DNA of 64,000 nt from Acutalibacteraceae bacterium (lineage in GTDB: Bacteria > Bacillota > Clostridia > Oscillospirales > Acutalibacteraceae). Below the pieces are notes generated by a model. It did not search any database, had not been told where the DNA came from, and saw only the letters and a list, made by a program, of their open reading frames with translations. The position numbers were made by a program, and so were the translations under genes. The stretch is from positions 15,668 through 79,667 of the forward strand of contig JAZRST010000065.1 of assembly GCA_045651625.1 (NCBI GenBank). Reading direction: 5' to 3'. Shown here piece after piece: positions 35,964 to 46,338 of the stretch; position 1 is the stretch's first letter; every line of letters starts with the position of its first letter.

Positions 35964-38117
35964 TTATGCGAGCTTATCAAGACCAACTGCAGCTCTGAGG
36001 ATAAGACGTGCGTCAGTAGCATCAACCGTGCCGTTCTTATCAACGTCAGCAGCCTTTGTCTGTGCTGCATCGAGCTTATCAAGACCAACAGCTGCACGGA
36101 GTGTAAGTCTTGCATCTGTAGCGTCAACAGCATCGTTGGAGTCAACGTCACCGAGCTTGTATGCTGCGGGAAGCTCATAGCCTTCTTCGAAGAGACCTGT
36201 AAGGAGATCGTCAACAAGGTCGATAACTGCAACGTTGATCTTCTTGTCGAAGAGAGAAGCTTCTTCGTTTTCAGCAAGCATTGCTACTGCATCTTCAAGA
36301 TCGAAGTTAAGAAGGTTGCCGAGGAACTTATCCATAAGCATTGTTTCGAAATCAAGTGTGAAGGTGCCGTTGCCGCAGCCTGAAATGAAGGATGTGTCGA
36401 AGAGAGAATCAAGGATTACGTTGAGCTTGAAGAAGCCGCCTTCACCGTCGATAACGCCTCTTTCAGTTGAAAGCTTATCTGCTGCTGCGGGAAGACCGTC
36501 GATGAAGTTAAGAGCCCAGTCAACGATATCGTCAAGATAATCCTCGCCTGTCCACTTGCTTGTGTCTTCGGGAAGTGAGAAATATGTTGTACCCTTGTTG
36601 TATTCGAGAGCCTTTGCTGCAACTTCCATACCGATTTCAAAGATAAGGTCGAGGCAAGCTGCATCGTTCATCTTTTCAACGTTCTTAGCTGCGCTTACAG
36701 CTGCGATATCCATGGGAACCCATTCTTTGTTTGTTGCTGCATACTTTGCTGCAAGAACTGCAAGTTGCTCAAGAGACTTTACAGCATTGATTTCAGCTGC
36801 ATTGCTGTTTGCGAACCAGCCGGGGAAGAAGAGCTTGAGAACTGCAACTGCCATTTCCTCGGAGCCCATGTTCTTTACCTTGTCAGCTGTGAAGCCTGAA
36901 AGGTCAGCGCCAAGCTTTTCCTTGTCGATCTTAGCGAGCTTGGGAAGTACGAAGCGGAATGTCTTTGTAAGGTTGTCGTCAAGGTTTTCGTTGCCGCCGG
37001 TCTTGAGGTCAAGAGCCTTGAAAGCATCCTCTGTAAGGATAACCTTGAGAAGAGCGATAACAGCGTCGTTGAGCTTTGCTACCATGTTGCCCTTGCCTGC
37101 TGCAAGAACTTCGTCGAATTCGTTACCTGTGAAGTTGTAGTCCCAGTTGAATACTTCGTCAAAGATATTTCCGAATTCATCATCAAGGGGCTTAACCTTT
37201 TCTACGAGGAGAGCCTTAACGTCATTGTTGAGGGGACCAACAAGAAGGAGCTTGTAAATCTGACCTGCATACTTGTCAAGGAAGCCGTAAATTGTAAGAT
37301 TCATAACTTCAGCAGCTTCAGCCTTTTCTACTGTTTCCTTACCTGTAAGGAGCTTAAGGAATGCAACAGCTACGATTTCGTCTGCTGTGTAGGACTTGTA
37401 TGTTTCATAATCAAGCTCGATAGCATCGCAGAGCATTTCCTTGATAGCATCGGGGCCGATTGCATTTCTGATTTCCTTGTTGATGTCGAAATCAAAAGCC
37501 TTGAGTGCAAGGTCAATAGCAAAACCGAAGGAAAGGTCAGCCTTTGCAGCCTTCTTGAAGATTTCTGTGTTGTCTGCAAGGAACTGAAGTATAGCATAAA
37601 CTGCCTGAAGATTCTTGCCCTTGCCTGTGTCGATGCCCTTGAGTGCGTCGCACTTGAACTTAAGGTCACCGAGCTTTAAGCTTCTGATGTTGTAAAGAGA
37701 GTCGATAAGCTGGTTTGTTGAGCCGAGCTTGATGCCGAAAACACCGAGAACACCTTCAAGTGTGTCGTCCATTTCGATGTTGGGAAGCACATAGGTGTCA
37801 AGCCATGTTACAAGGATTGTAGCAAGCTCTTCGTCGGAGGCTGCAGTTAAGTCAGTTTCACCGATTACCTTGCCGAGGTCTTCATCCTCAACGAATGTGA
37901 ATACAAGAGAGAGAACTGAGCCTAAAATTTCTTCTTTTCTGTTGTTGATGTTCTTGAGAAGCCACTCTGCGAGGTTGCCGACAGACTCGCCCTGAATGAG
38001 CTTTTCAACTGTGTTTACGTCATCCTTGATTGCTGCGGCGGAAGCCATAAGCGGAACGGATGAGAAAGCAAGCACCATAGCAAGAATAAGAGCTATGATT
38101 TTGTTTGTTTTTTTCAT
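35964..38117 (-). CDS. Secreted, predominantly alpha-helical protein of unknown function with a C-terminal dockerin
   Basis: I prefer the ATG at 38115-38117 (MKKTNKIIALILAMVLAFSSVPLMASAAA signal peptide). The C-terminus is GDVDSNDAVDATDARLTLRAAVGLDKL / DVDKNGTVDATDARLILRAAVGLDKL. I recognise no catalytic motif in the ~620-aa body. Confidence 0.8.
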   Translation of the reverse strand: MKKTNKIIALILAMVLAFSSVPLMASAAAIKDDVNTVEKLIQGESVGNLAEWLLKNINNRKEEILGSVLSLVFTFVEDEDLGKVIGETDLTAASDEELATILVTWLDTYVLPNIEMDDTLEGVLGVFGIKLGSTNQLIDSLYNIRSLKLGDLKFKCDALKGIDTGKGKNLQAVYAILQFLADNTEIFKKAAKADLSFGFAIDLALKAFDFDINKEIRNAIGPDAIKEMLCDAIELDYETYKSYTADEIVAVAFLKLLTGKETVEKAEAAEVMNLTIYGFLDKYAGQIYKLLLVGPLNNDVKALLVEKVKPLDDEFGNIFDEVFNWDYNFTGNEFDEVLAAGKGNMVAKLNDAVIALLKVILTEDAFKALDLKTGGNENLDDNLTKTFRFVLPKLAKIDKEKLGADLSGFTADKVKNMGSEEMAVAVLKLFFPGWFANSNAAEINAVKSLEQLAVLAAKYAATNKEWVPMDIAAVSAAKNVEKMNDAACLDLIFEIGMEVAAKALEYNKGTTYFSLPEDTSKWTGEDYLDDIVDWALNFIDGLPAAADKLSTERGVIDGEGGFFKLNVILDSLFDTSFISGCGNGTFTLDFETMLMDKFLGNLLNFDLEDAVAMLAENEEASLFDKKINVAVIDLVDDLLTGLFEEGYELPAAYKLGDVDSNDAVDATDARLTLRAAVGLDKLDAAQTKAADVDKNGTVDATDARLILRAAVGLDKLA

Positions 38118-38445
38118 GGGAAAAAACATCCTTTCAAGAGTATTATAACCTTATTCGGGTACACCGATTGATTATGCCTATATTTTAATTTACAAAATTT
38201 GTGTTGTCAACAGATTAATATTTGTATTTTTTAACAATATTTAGTTAATAATTTTGTAATATTTTTTAACAAATCAGAAACATATTATATTTCCGTGATT
38301 GTGCAGGGCAGAGGCTTCAGGATTAACCCCTGTCTGAAAGGAAATTACCGTGAATTTCTCTGTAGAATAAAGTGGGCTGAAATTTGTAGAAAATGTATAA
38401 AAGACGAAAAAATAGTAAAAGTTGTGTAATATTTCTTGATTTTGT

Positions 38446-38474
38446 CCGATTTGTGCTGTATACTGTCATTGCTT
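38446..38474 (+). promoter_or_regulatory. Promoter of the xpt / nucleoside ABC operon
   Basis: TTGATT (38446-38451), 17 nt, TATACT (38469-38474). The leader is only ~25 nt before the ATG at 38500 (GGAGGG RBS). Confidence 0.45.
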
Positions 38475-38499
38475 TGAAAAACACTCGGAGGGATAACGG

Positions 38500-39087
38500 A
38501 TGAAATTGCTTGAAGAAAAAATTCTTTCCTGCGGAACGGTGCTTCCCGGAAATATTCTCAAGGTTGACAGCTTTCTTAATCATCAGCTTGACGTATCTCT
38601 TCTTTCGGAGCTCGGAAAAGAGTTTTACAGACTTTTCTCAGATCTTAACATCACAAGAATTCTCACGGTAGAGGCCTCCGGTATTCCCATTGCCTGCTTT
38701 GCCGCACAGCATTTTGACGTTCCCGTTGTGTTCGCAAAGAAGGGGCATCATAAAAATATCGGTAACGATGTTTATACCGCTGAGGTTTTTTCTTTTACTA
38801 AGGGTACGAGCTATACTGTTTTCGTTTCGAAAAAGTATATCAATCCCGGTGATAACATTCTTGTAATCGATGATTTCCTTGCAAACGGACAGGCAGTGCT
38901 CGGACTTAAGAAAATCATTGAGGATGCAGGTGCCAACCTTATGGGTGTCGGCATTGCAATCGAAAAAGGCTTCCAGAACGGCGGAAAGGAAATCCGCGCT
39001 CAGGGAGTGAATCTCAGGTCTTTAGCAATCGTTGATTCTATGACTGATGACAGCATCAGCTTCAGAAGCGACGATTGGAAAGAATAA
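38500..39087 (+). CDS. xpt: Xanthine phosphoribosyltransferase
   Basis: 195 aa, collinear with B. subtilis Xpt: LKVDSFLNHQ, VEASGI, VVFAKK, VLVIDDFLANGQA. Confidence 0.88.
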   Translation: MKLLEEKILSCGTVLPGNILKVDSFLNHQLDVSLLSELGKEFYRLFSDLNITRILTVEASGIPIACFAAQHFDVPVVFAKKGHHKNIGNDVYTAEVFSFTKGTSYTVFVSKKYINPGDNILVIDDFLANGQAVLGLKKIIEDAGANLMGVGIAIEKGFQNGGKEIRAQGVNLRSLAIVDSMTDDSISFRSDDWKE

Positions 39088-39113
39088 AAAATTTTTATTG
39101 GAGGAACCCAAAG

Positions 39114-40348
39114 TGAAAAAGGTATTCAAGGTACTCGCTCTCGTTCTTGCTCTTTCTATGGTAGTAGCTTTCGCTTCCTGCGGCGGCAACACTGAAGAAA
39201 CAACAGCAGCTGACGAGACAACAACAGTCGGTGAATTAAACGAAGTTAAAGTTGGCTTTATCTTCCTTCACGACGAAAACTCAACATACGACAAGAACTT
39301 CATCGATGCTGCAATTGCAGCTTGTAATGAGCTTGGTATTGAGTATGCACAGAAGACTCAGATCCCCGAGTCAAGTGCTTGCTACGATGCAGCAGTTGAA
39401 CTTATTGAGGTTGACGGCTGTAACGTAATCTTCGCTGACTCCTTCGGTCACGAATCATTCCTTATCGACGCAGCTAAGGAATACACAGACGTAGAGTTCT
39501 GTCATGCAACAGGTACACAGGCTCACACAGCAGGTCTTGCTAACTTCCACAACGCTTTCGCATCAATCTACGAAGGCAGATTCCTTGCAGGTGTTGCTGC
39601 AGGTATGAAGCTCAACGAAATGATCGCTGCAGGCGAAATCACAGCTGAAGAAGCTAAGATGGGTTACGTAGGTGCTTTCACATTTGCTGAAGTTATCTCC
39701 GGTTACACATCCTTCTATCTTGGCGCAAAGAGCGTTTGCCCCACAGTAACAATGGACGTTAAGTTCACAGGCTCATGGTACGACGAACAGCTCGAAAAGG
39801 AAGCTGCTCAGGCTCTCATCAACGGCGGTTGCGTTCTTATCAGCCAGCACGCTGACTCAATGGGTGCTCCCACAGCTTGCGAAACAGCAGGTGTTCCCAA
39901 CGTTTCCTACAACGGCTCAACAGTTGCTGCATGTCCCAACACCTTCATCGTTTCTTCCAGAATTGACTGGGCTCCCTACTTCAAGTACATGATTCAGTGC
40001 GTACAGACAGGCGAAGCTATCGCTGCTGACTGGACAGGTACAATTGAAACAGGTTCAGTTGTTCTTACAGAAGTAAACGAAGCTGCTGCTGCAGAAGGCA
40101 CAGCTGCTAAGATTGAAGAAGTTAAGGGCAAGCTTCTTGACGGCTCAATCAAGGTATTCGACACAGCTACATTCACAGTAGGCGGTGAAACTCTCACTTC
40201 TTACATGGCTGACGTTGATACAGACGCTGCTTACGAAGGCGACACAGAAGTTATCGAAGACGGTATCTTCAACGAGTCCAAGTTCCGTGCTGCTCCTTAC
40301 TTCGATCTCAGAATCGACGGCATCACTCTTCTTGACGAAAAGTATTAA
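39114..40348 (+). CDS. BMP-family (PnrA/Med-like) ABC transporter substrate-binding lipoprotein, nucleoside-type
   Basis: I prefer the GTG at 39114, 7 nt after GGAGGA. Lipobox VAFASC. VGFIFLHDENSTYDKNF and the overall BMP layout. Confidence 0.85.
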
Positions 40349-40366
40349 TTTCTGAATTTTTAGTGC

Positions 40367-40396
40367 AGTCTAAGGCGAGGAAACTCGTCTTAGACT
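40367..40396 (+). other. Intra-operon hairpin after the binding-protein gene
   Basis: AGTCTAAGGCGAG-gaaa-CTCGTCTTAGACT, 13 bp with one G-U pair. The downstream T-tract is weak, so this is probably a partial attenuator or mRNA-stability element. Confidence 0.4.
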
Positions 40397-40465
40397 GATT
40401 TTGAAGAAATTGCTGTGATTTTTTACAGCAATTTCTTGAGAATTTTTAAAGAACGGGGGTTCAAC

Positions 40466-42010
40466 GTGTCAAAACAACCGGCTATTGAACTTAAAAATAT
40501 TACCAAGAGATTTGGTAAAGTTGTTGCTAATAAGAACGTAAATCTTACCGCTTACCGTGGTGAGATTCTTTCCATTCTCGGAGAAAACGGAAGCGGAAAG
40601 ACTACCCTTATGAATATGATTTCGGGTATTTATTTCCCCGATGAGGGTCAGATTTTCGTTGATGGGGAAGAGGCCGTTATTGCTTCTCCCAAGGATGCGT
40701 TCGATTACAAAATAGGTATGATTCATCAGCATTTCAAGCTTGTTGATGTTTTCACTGCTGCTGAAAATATTGTTCTCGGCATAGATAACGGCAAATATGA
40801 CCTTAAGCGCTCAACTGAGGAAATCAAGAAAATCAGTGAGCAGTACGGCTTCGACCTTGCTCCCGCAAAGAAGATATATTCAATGTCTGTTTCGGAAAAG
40901 CAGACCGTTGAAATCATCAAGGTGCTTTACCGCGGTGCGGATATTCTTATTCTTGACGAGCCTACAGCTGTTCTTACTCCTCAGGAAACCGAAAAGCTTT
41001 TCGCAATCCTCCGCAATATGCGTGACGACGGAAAGTGTATTATTATCATTACTCATAAGCTTCACGAGGTGCTTTCTCTTTCCGACAGAGTATCCGTTCT
41101 CCGTAAGGGCGAATACGTAGGTACGGTTAACACAAAGGAAACAAGCGAAAGCGAGCTTACCGAAATGATGGTAGGCAAGAAGATTGAGCTTAATATCAAC
41201 AGAAGTGAGCCCAAGGACTGCGTTGACCGTCTTCTCGTCAGCGGCGTTACCTGCGTTGACAGACAGGGCACCACAATGCTTGATAACGTTTCATTTACCG
41301 CAAAGGGCGGTGAAATCCTCGGTATTGCAGGTATTGCAGGCTCGGGTCAGCGTGAGCTTCTCGAGGCAATTGCAGGACTTCAGCACCTGACTGCAGGTGA
41401 AATCTTATACATAAATCCCAAAACGGAAAAGAAAGAAAACCTCAGGGATAAAACTCCCGTGCAGATCCGTGAAATGGGTGTACGTCTTTCCTTTGTTCCC
41501 GAGGACAGACTCGGTATGGGTCTTGTAGGTAATATGGACATCATTGATAATATGATGCTCAGAAGCTACTCAAAGGGTCATTCCCTGTTCCTTCAGAGAA
41601 AGGCTCCCAAGGACCTTGCAATGAAGATTATCCGTGACCTTGAGGTTGTTACTCCCGGTGCCACAACTCCCGTACGCCGTCTTTCGGGCGGTAACGTACA
41701 GAAGGTTCTCGTAGGCCGTGAAATTGCCGCTTCTCCCACGGTGCTTATGGTTGCTTACCCCGTAAGAGGTCTTGATATCAACTCCTCTTATATGATTTAC
41801 AACCTTCTCAACGAGCAGAAGGAAAAGGGTGTGTCAATTATCTTCGTAGGTGAAGACCTCGACGTTCTTGTTGAGCTTTGCGACAGAATTATGGTTATCG
41901 GCTCGGGTAAAATCGCAGGTGTGGTTGATGCCCGTACAACAACCAAGGAAGAAATCGGTCTTCTTATGACAAAATCAAAGAATGAGGGAAAGGAGAATGA
42001 TAATGGCTGA
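40466..42010 (+). CDS. ABC transporter ATP-binding protein with duplicated ATPase domains
   Basis: I prefer the GTG at 40466 (VSKQPAIELKNITKRFG). Walker A GENGSGKTT, signature SVSEKQ / LSGGNVQK, Walker B ILILDEPT. Confidence 0.87.
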   Translation: MSKQPAIELKNITKRFGKVVANKNVNLTAYRGEILSILGENGSGKTTLMNMISGIYFPDEGQIFVDGEEAVIASPKDAFDYKIGMIHQHFKLVDVFTAAENIVLGIDNGKYDLKRSTEEIKKISEQYGFDLAPAKKIYSMSVSEKQTVEIIKVLYRGADILILDEPTAVLTPQETEKLFAILRNMRDDGKCIIIITHKLHEVLSLSDRVSVLRKGEYVGTVNTKETSESELTEMMVGKKIELNINRSEPKDCVDRLLVSGVTCVDRQGTTMLDNVSFTAKGGEILGIAGIAGSGQRELLEAIAGLQHLTAGEILYINPKTEKKENLRDKTPVQIREMGVRLSFVPEDRLGMGLVGNMDIIDNMMLRSYSKGHSLFLQRKAPKDLAMKIIRDLEVVTPGATTPVRRLSGGNVQKVLVGREIAASPTVLMVAYPVRGLDINSSYMIYNLLNEQKEKGVSIIFVGEDLDVLVELCDRIMVIGSGKIAGVVDARTTTKEEIGLLMTKSKNEGKENDNG

Positions 42011-43115
42011 CGTTAAAGTAAAGCATAACAGAGAGCCTCTTATTCATATTGTCAAGCGTGACGATATGGTGCCGTGGAAGGCGTGGCTTATCAGAATATC
42101 TACCATTGTTATTTCAATTTTCCTTATGGGCTGTCTTTCAATGGTGCTTACCGACAGAAGTCTCGGTGATACCTTTGAAATTATGTACCGCGGTGTTTTC
42201 GGAAGAATCGAAACGGGCTCAACCGTAATGCTCTGGAAATATCTTCAGGAAATTGCAATTCTTCTTTGCCTTGCACTGGCTCTGACACCTGCCTTCAAGA
42301 TGAAATTCTGGAACTGCGGTGCTGAGGGACAGGCGCTTATGGGCGGTCTTGCAGCAATGTTCTGTATGATAAATTTCGGCAAAACCCTTTCATATCCCGT
42401 GCTTTTACTTGTTGTTATCGGCTCAAGTATTCTTGCGGGTGCAATATGGGGCTTCATTCCCGCAGTATTCAAGGCACTTTTCAATACGAATGAAACACTG
42501 TTCACCCTTATGATGAACTACATTGCAACACAGATTATTGCTTACTACGTTTATATCGTAGGCGGCGGCTCAAACGTTATTCAGCCCGTAAGCGAAGGTA
42601 ATCTTCCCATTATCGGAAACTACAGATATCTTACGAATATTCTCATCGTTGCCGTTCTTACTCTTGTTATGTACGTATATCTCAAGTACAGCAAGCACGG
42701 CTATGAAATTTCAGTTGTCGGTGAAAGCCAGAACACGGCGCGTTACATCGGCATCAACGTTAAGAAGGTTATTATCCGTACAATGATTATTTCAGGTGCG
42801 GTCTGCGGTGTGGCAGGTATGCTTCTCGTTGCAGGTACTGACCATTCTATCAACACCGATACGGTCGGCGGTCAGGGCTTTACCGCAATTATGGTATCCT
42901 GGCTCGGACAGTTCAATCCCTTTATTATGGTGCTTATGACGGGCGTTATCTGCTTCCTCAGAATGGGTGCCGCAAAGGTTGCAGATACCTGTATGCTCAA
43001 TGCATCCTTTGCAGATATTGTCGTAGGTATCGTTATTCTCTGCGTTGTCGGCTGTGAATTCTTTATCAGATATTCCGTAAAATTCCGTCACAGTAAGAAG
43101 GAGGTAAAAGCATGA
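42003..43115 (+). CDS. ABC transporter permease (BMP/nucleoside type)
   Basis: ATG at 42003 lies 7 nt after AGGAG and overlaps the ATPase stop. Polytopic. NCGAEGQ motif. Confidence 0.85.
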   Translation: MADVKVKHNREPLIHIVKRDDMVPWKAWLIRISTIVISIFLMGCLSMVLTDRSLGDTFEIMYRGVFGRIETGSTVMLWKYLQEIAILLCLALALTPAFKMKFWNCGAEGQALMGGLAAMFCMINFGKTLSYPVLLLVVIGSSILAGAIWGFIPAVFKALFNTNETLFTLMMNYIATQIIAYYVYIVGGGSNVIQPVSEGNLPIIGNYRYLTNILIVAVLTLVMYVYLKYSKHGYEISVVGESQNTARYIGINVKKVIIRTMIISGAVCGVAGMLLVAGTDHSINTDTVGGQGFTAIMVSWLGQFNPFIMVLMTGVICFLRMGAAKVADTCMLNASFADIVVGIVILCVVGCEFFIRYSVKFRHSKKEVKA

Positions 43116-44101
43116 TAGTTCAGTTTATTTGCCGTGCCATTCTTCTTGGTGTTCCGCTTCTTTACGGCTCAACGGGTGAAATCGTGACTGAAAAGTCAGG
43201 TCACCTGAACCTCGGTATCCCCGGTATTATGTACGTCGGTGCCATAAGCGGAGTTATCGGCTCATTCATTTATGAAAATGCCTGCGGAAACAATATTGAT
43301 AATATGAACGGTGTTCTTGCTGTTCTTATTCCTCTTGTGTGCGCAATCTTCGGCTCAACGGTTATGGGCTTTATTTACAGCTTCCTGACCGTTACTCTTC
43401 GCGCCAATCAGAACGTTACAGGTCTTGCTCTTACCACCTTCGGTATCGGCTTCGGTAATTTCTTCGGCGGCTCACTTATCAAGCTTATCGACAGCGGTAT
43501 GCCCTCAATTGCTCTTACAAAGACAAGCAGCTTTTTCTCTGTAAAGCTTCCCTTTGCAGATGACCTCGGTGCATTCGGTCAGATTTTCTTCTCACACGAT
43601 TTCCTGACTTACGCCGCAATCATTATTGCAGTTATCGTAGCATTTGTTCTCAACCGTACCCGTGTAGGTCTTAACCTGCGCTCCGTCGGTGAAAATCCTG
43701 CAACAGCTGATGCTGCAGGTATCAACGTTATCAGATACAAATACATTGCAACCTGCATCGGTAGTGCCATAGCAGGTCTCGGCGGTCTTCAGTATGTTAT
43801 GGCTTATGCCAACGGTGTATGGACGAATAACGCCTTCGGTGACAGAGGCTGGATGGCAATTGCACTTGTTATCTTCGCGCTCTGGAAGCCCTCGTCAGCC
43901 ATTGTCGGCTCATTCATTTTCGGTGCCCTCTGTAATGCAAATAACTACATTCAGGGTCTCGGTACGGAAACTCAGGAGCTTTTCAAGATGCTTCCTTACA
44001 TTGTTACCATTATCGTTCTTATCATCACAAGCATGCGTAAGAAGAGAGAGCATCAGCCCCCCGCATCACTCGGTATCTCTTACTTCAGAGAAGACAGATA
44101 A
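43112..44101 (+). CDS. ABC transporter permease (second subunit)
   Basis: 329 aa, polytopic. ATGA overlap with the preceding permease. GEIVTEKSGHLNLGIPG motif. Confidence 0.85.
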   Translation: MIVQFICRAILLGVPLLYGSTGEIVTEKSGHLNLGIPGIMYVGAISGVIGSFIYENACGNNIDNMNGVLAVLIPLVCAIFGSTVMGFIYSFLTVTLRANQNVTGLALTTFGIGFGNFFGGSLIKLIDSGMPSIALTKTSSFFSVKLPFADDLGAFGQIFFSHDFLTYAAIIIAVIVAFVLNRTRVGLNLRSVGENPATADAAGINVIRYKYIATCIGSAIAGLGGLQYVMAYANGVWTNNAFGDRGWMAIALVIFALWKPSSAIVGSFIFGALCNANNYIQGLGTETQELFKMLPYIVTIIVLIITSMRKKREHQPPASLGISYFREDR

Positions 44102-44107
44102 CTCAGA

Positions 44108-44136
44108 ACGGTCTCCGTCAGGAGGCCGTTTTTTTT
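44108..44136 (+). terminator. Rho-independent terminator of the ABC operon
   Basis: ACGGTCTCC-gtca-GGAGGCCGT followed by T8. Confidence 0.65.
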
Positions 44137-44227
44137 GCTTGAAATGTTGATTATTTTAACATAATTTATTGATATTTTTGTATAATTATGTTAAAATATT
44201 TGAGATTGGACTTTCAGGAGAGTGTAA

Positions 44228-46333
44228 ATGCGAATATTTGTTAAAACCGCACGGCTCGTGTGTATTTTTGTTATAATTTCAGCCCTTATACTCAGCGTTA
44301 CGGGCTGTTCATCACATAGCTTTGACAGTATTGTTATAAATTCAGTCAGGACCTCCGAGGGTGGCAGTGTCTCTTCGCGTGTGTATAAAAACGATAACAC
44401 CGTGACTCTTACCTCCAACGAATCTGCAGGACTGTATCTTAATAAGGACAGCGGAGGAATTGCTCTTACCTCTGTTTACAGCGGAAAGAAATGGACATCT
44501 CTTCCCGTCTTTGAAAATTCCTTTGCTTCCTCATTTTTTGCAAGGGTAACAGACGGGGAAACCGTTTATATCCTTGATTCCTCGGCAGAAATTAAAAATA
44601 ACAAGCCTTCCTATGAGCTTACCGACAGCGGTGCTCTTGTGACGTACGTGCTTAAAAACGGTAATGTGAGCCTTACCTTGCCCGTCAGCTTCTCACTCAG
44701 GGGTGCTTCCCTCGAGGTCTCGGTTGATGCTTCTGCCGTAACAATGAGTGAAGGACTTACCCTTCTTAGTGTCGGTATTCTGCCGTATCTCGGTGCGGTA
44801 AGATATGCCGCTGACACGGTTGACTATTCCGTTTTCGGAGATTATTTCCTTCTGCCCGACGGCTCGGGTGCGCTTATGCACACGGCAATTGAGGATGAAA
44901 ATACTGCGCTTAACTTTTCCGTTTACGGCAAAGACTATTATGAAGATAATATTCCCGTTGCTCTCGGTGCTTACGGCATCGTGCAGGGCGGTGCAGGTCT
45001 TTCCGCAACCCTCACCGAGGGTGAAGAAAATGCAATTATCCGTGCTTTCAGAGCAGGTAACGATGAAAAGAATATAAACAGAATTTACCCCGAATTCATC
45101 ATAACTCCCGTCAGTGGCGAAAAGGGAAAGGTCAGTATCGGCAATTCCTACGACGGAAAAATTGCAGTTACCTACGAGGTGCTGTCTTCCGTAAGCACCT
45201 CTTATACGGATATAGCCTCTTCCGTAAGGCAGTCTCTTATCAGAGCAGGCTTTATTCCGGACGGTAAGTGCGCAGACGAATATCCTCTGACTCTCAGCAT
45301 CGTTGCAGGTACAGACGGAAAAAGAAGCAACGTAACGGCAGATTATCAGCAGATTGAAAACCTTTTAGGGCTTCTTAAGGGCAAGGGCATAAATGAAATA
45401 AATGCCGTGCTTTCGGGTGCTTTCAGCGGCGGACTTTCCGCATCGGTTGCAGGCAAAGCCGGACTTGTGAGCGCACTCGGCTCGAAAAATGATCTCCGCA
45501 CTCTTCTTAATTTTTCTCAGTCACAGAACTTCAACGTTTTCGCAGAAGCAAATCTGCTTTCGGCTGGAAGCTCCTTCTACACTGAAAAAGGTGTTTCGGG
45601 GGAATACAAAACGGTATACAAGGTAAATCCTCTGAGTCCTTATATCGGAGAAGAGGGCTTTACAATGAAATATTTCGGCACGAGAGGTATTGCCGAGAGC
45701 ACGAATAATATCCTCGGCTTCGTTGAGAAAAACGGCTTTTCGGGTGTTGCGGTTGCCGACAGCGGTATTTCCTGTTTTGAGGAAAAGGGAAGCTATCGGG
45801 AATACAATTCGGCACTGCAGAACAATTTCTCCGCAATTTCCTCCGAAACAAAGCTTATGCTTTCGGGCACACCCGGCAATCTCATTAAAAATGCGGATTA
45901 TCTTTATAACGTTCCCTTTGGCACCCTCGTTGAAGAAACTGCATATTACACGGCAGTTCCTTTTATTCCTTCGGTGCTTCACGGTACCTTTGTATATTCG
46001 GGGGATGCTTCCAATTCCTCTTCCGTTTCCGTAATAAATCAGCTGAAGGCTGTTGAATACGGCGCAGTGCCTCACTACAGCTGGAATTTCAGTGAGAATT
46101 CGGATAAGTATTACGAATATTCCCTCACTGAAGCAGTAGAATTCTGCCTTAAGGCAAAAAGCGAGCTTGGCGACCTTACGTCAAAAAGAATTACGGGACA
46201 CGAAAAAATCGGTGACGGCGTGACCTGCACCTCTTTCGAGGGCGGTGCCCGTGTTTACGTAAACTACAATAATTACTCGGTCATAATAGGCGAGGTTTCC
46301 GTAATGCCTTATGACTACTTAAGAATAGGATAA
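44228..46333 (+). CDS. Large lipoprotein of unknown function (possibly DUF5696-like)
   Basis: 701 aa. Lipobox LSVTGCSS. ILPYLGA...LLPDGSGAL recalls DUF5696 from memory. No catalytic motif recognised. Confidence 0.6.
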   Translation: MRIFVKTARLVCIFVIISALILSVTGCSSHSFDSIVINSVRTSEGGSVSSRVYKNDNTVTLTSNESAGLYLNKDSGGIALTSVYSGKKWTSLPVFENSFASSFFARVTDGETVYILDSSAEIKNNKPSYELTDSGALVTYVLKNGNVSLTLPVSFSLRGASLEVSVDASAVTMSEGLTLLSVGILPYLGAVRYAADTVDYSVFGDYFLLPDGSGALMHTAIEDENTALNFSVYGKDYYEDNIPVALGAYGIVQGGAGLSATLTEGEENAIIRAFRAGNDEKNINRIYPEFIITPVSGEKGKVSIGNSYDGKIAVTYEVLSSVSTSYTDIASSVRQSLIRAGFIPDGKCADEYPLTLSIVAGTDGKRSNVTADYQQIENLLGLLKGKGINEINAVLSGAFSGGLSASVAGKAGLVSALGSKNDLRTLLNFSQSQNFNVFAEANLLSAGSSFYTEKGVSGEYKTVYKVNPLSPYIGEEGFTMKYFGTRGIAESTNNILGFVEKNGFSGVAVADSGISCFEEKGSYREYNSALQNNFSAISSETKLMLSGTPGNLIKNADYLYNVPFGTLVEETAYYTAVPFIPSVLHGTFVYSGDASNSSSVSVINQLKAVEYGAVPHYSWNFSENSDKYYEYSLTEAVEFCLKAKSELGDLTSKRITGHEKIGDGVTCTSFEGGARVYVNYNNYSVIIGEVSVMPYDYLRIG

Positions 46334-46338
46334 GCAAA

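Noticed and set aside
35964-36180. Tandem ~66-nt DNA repeats that could hint at a CRISPR-like or satellite array.
   Set aside because: There are only two copies. They are in frame inside a CDS and encode the two calcium-binding segments of a dockerin, so they are not an array.
38280-38499. Expected guanine/xanthine riboswitch upstream of xpt.
   Set aside because: The conserved junction sequences of the purine riboswitch are not present on either strand. The ORF 38323..38583 (-) in this region overlaps the xpt start and looks spurious.
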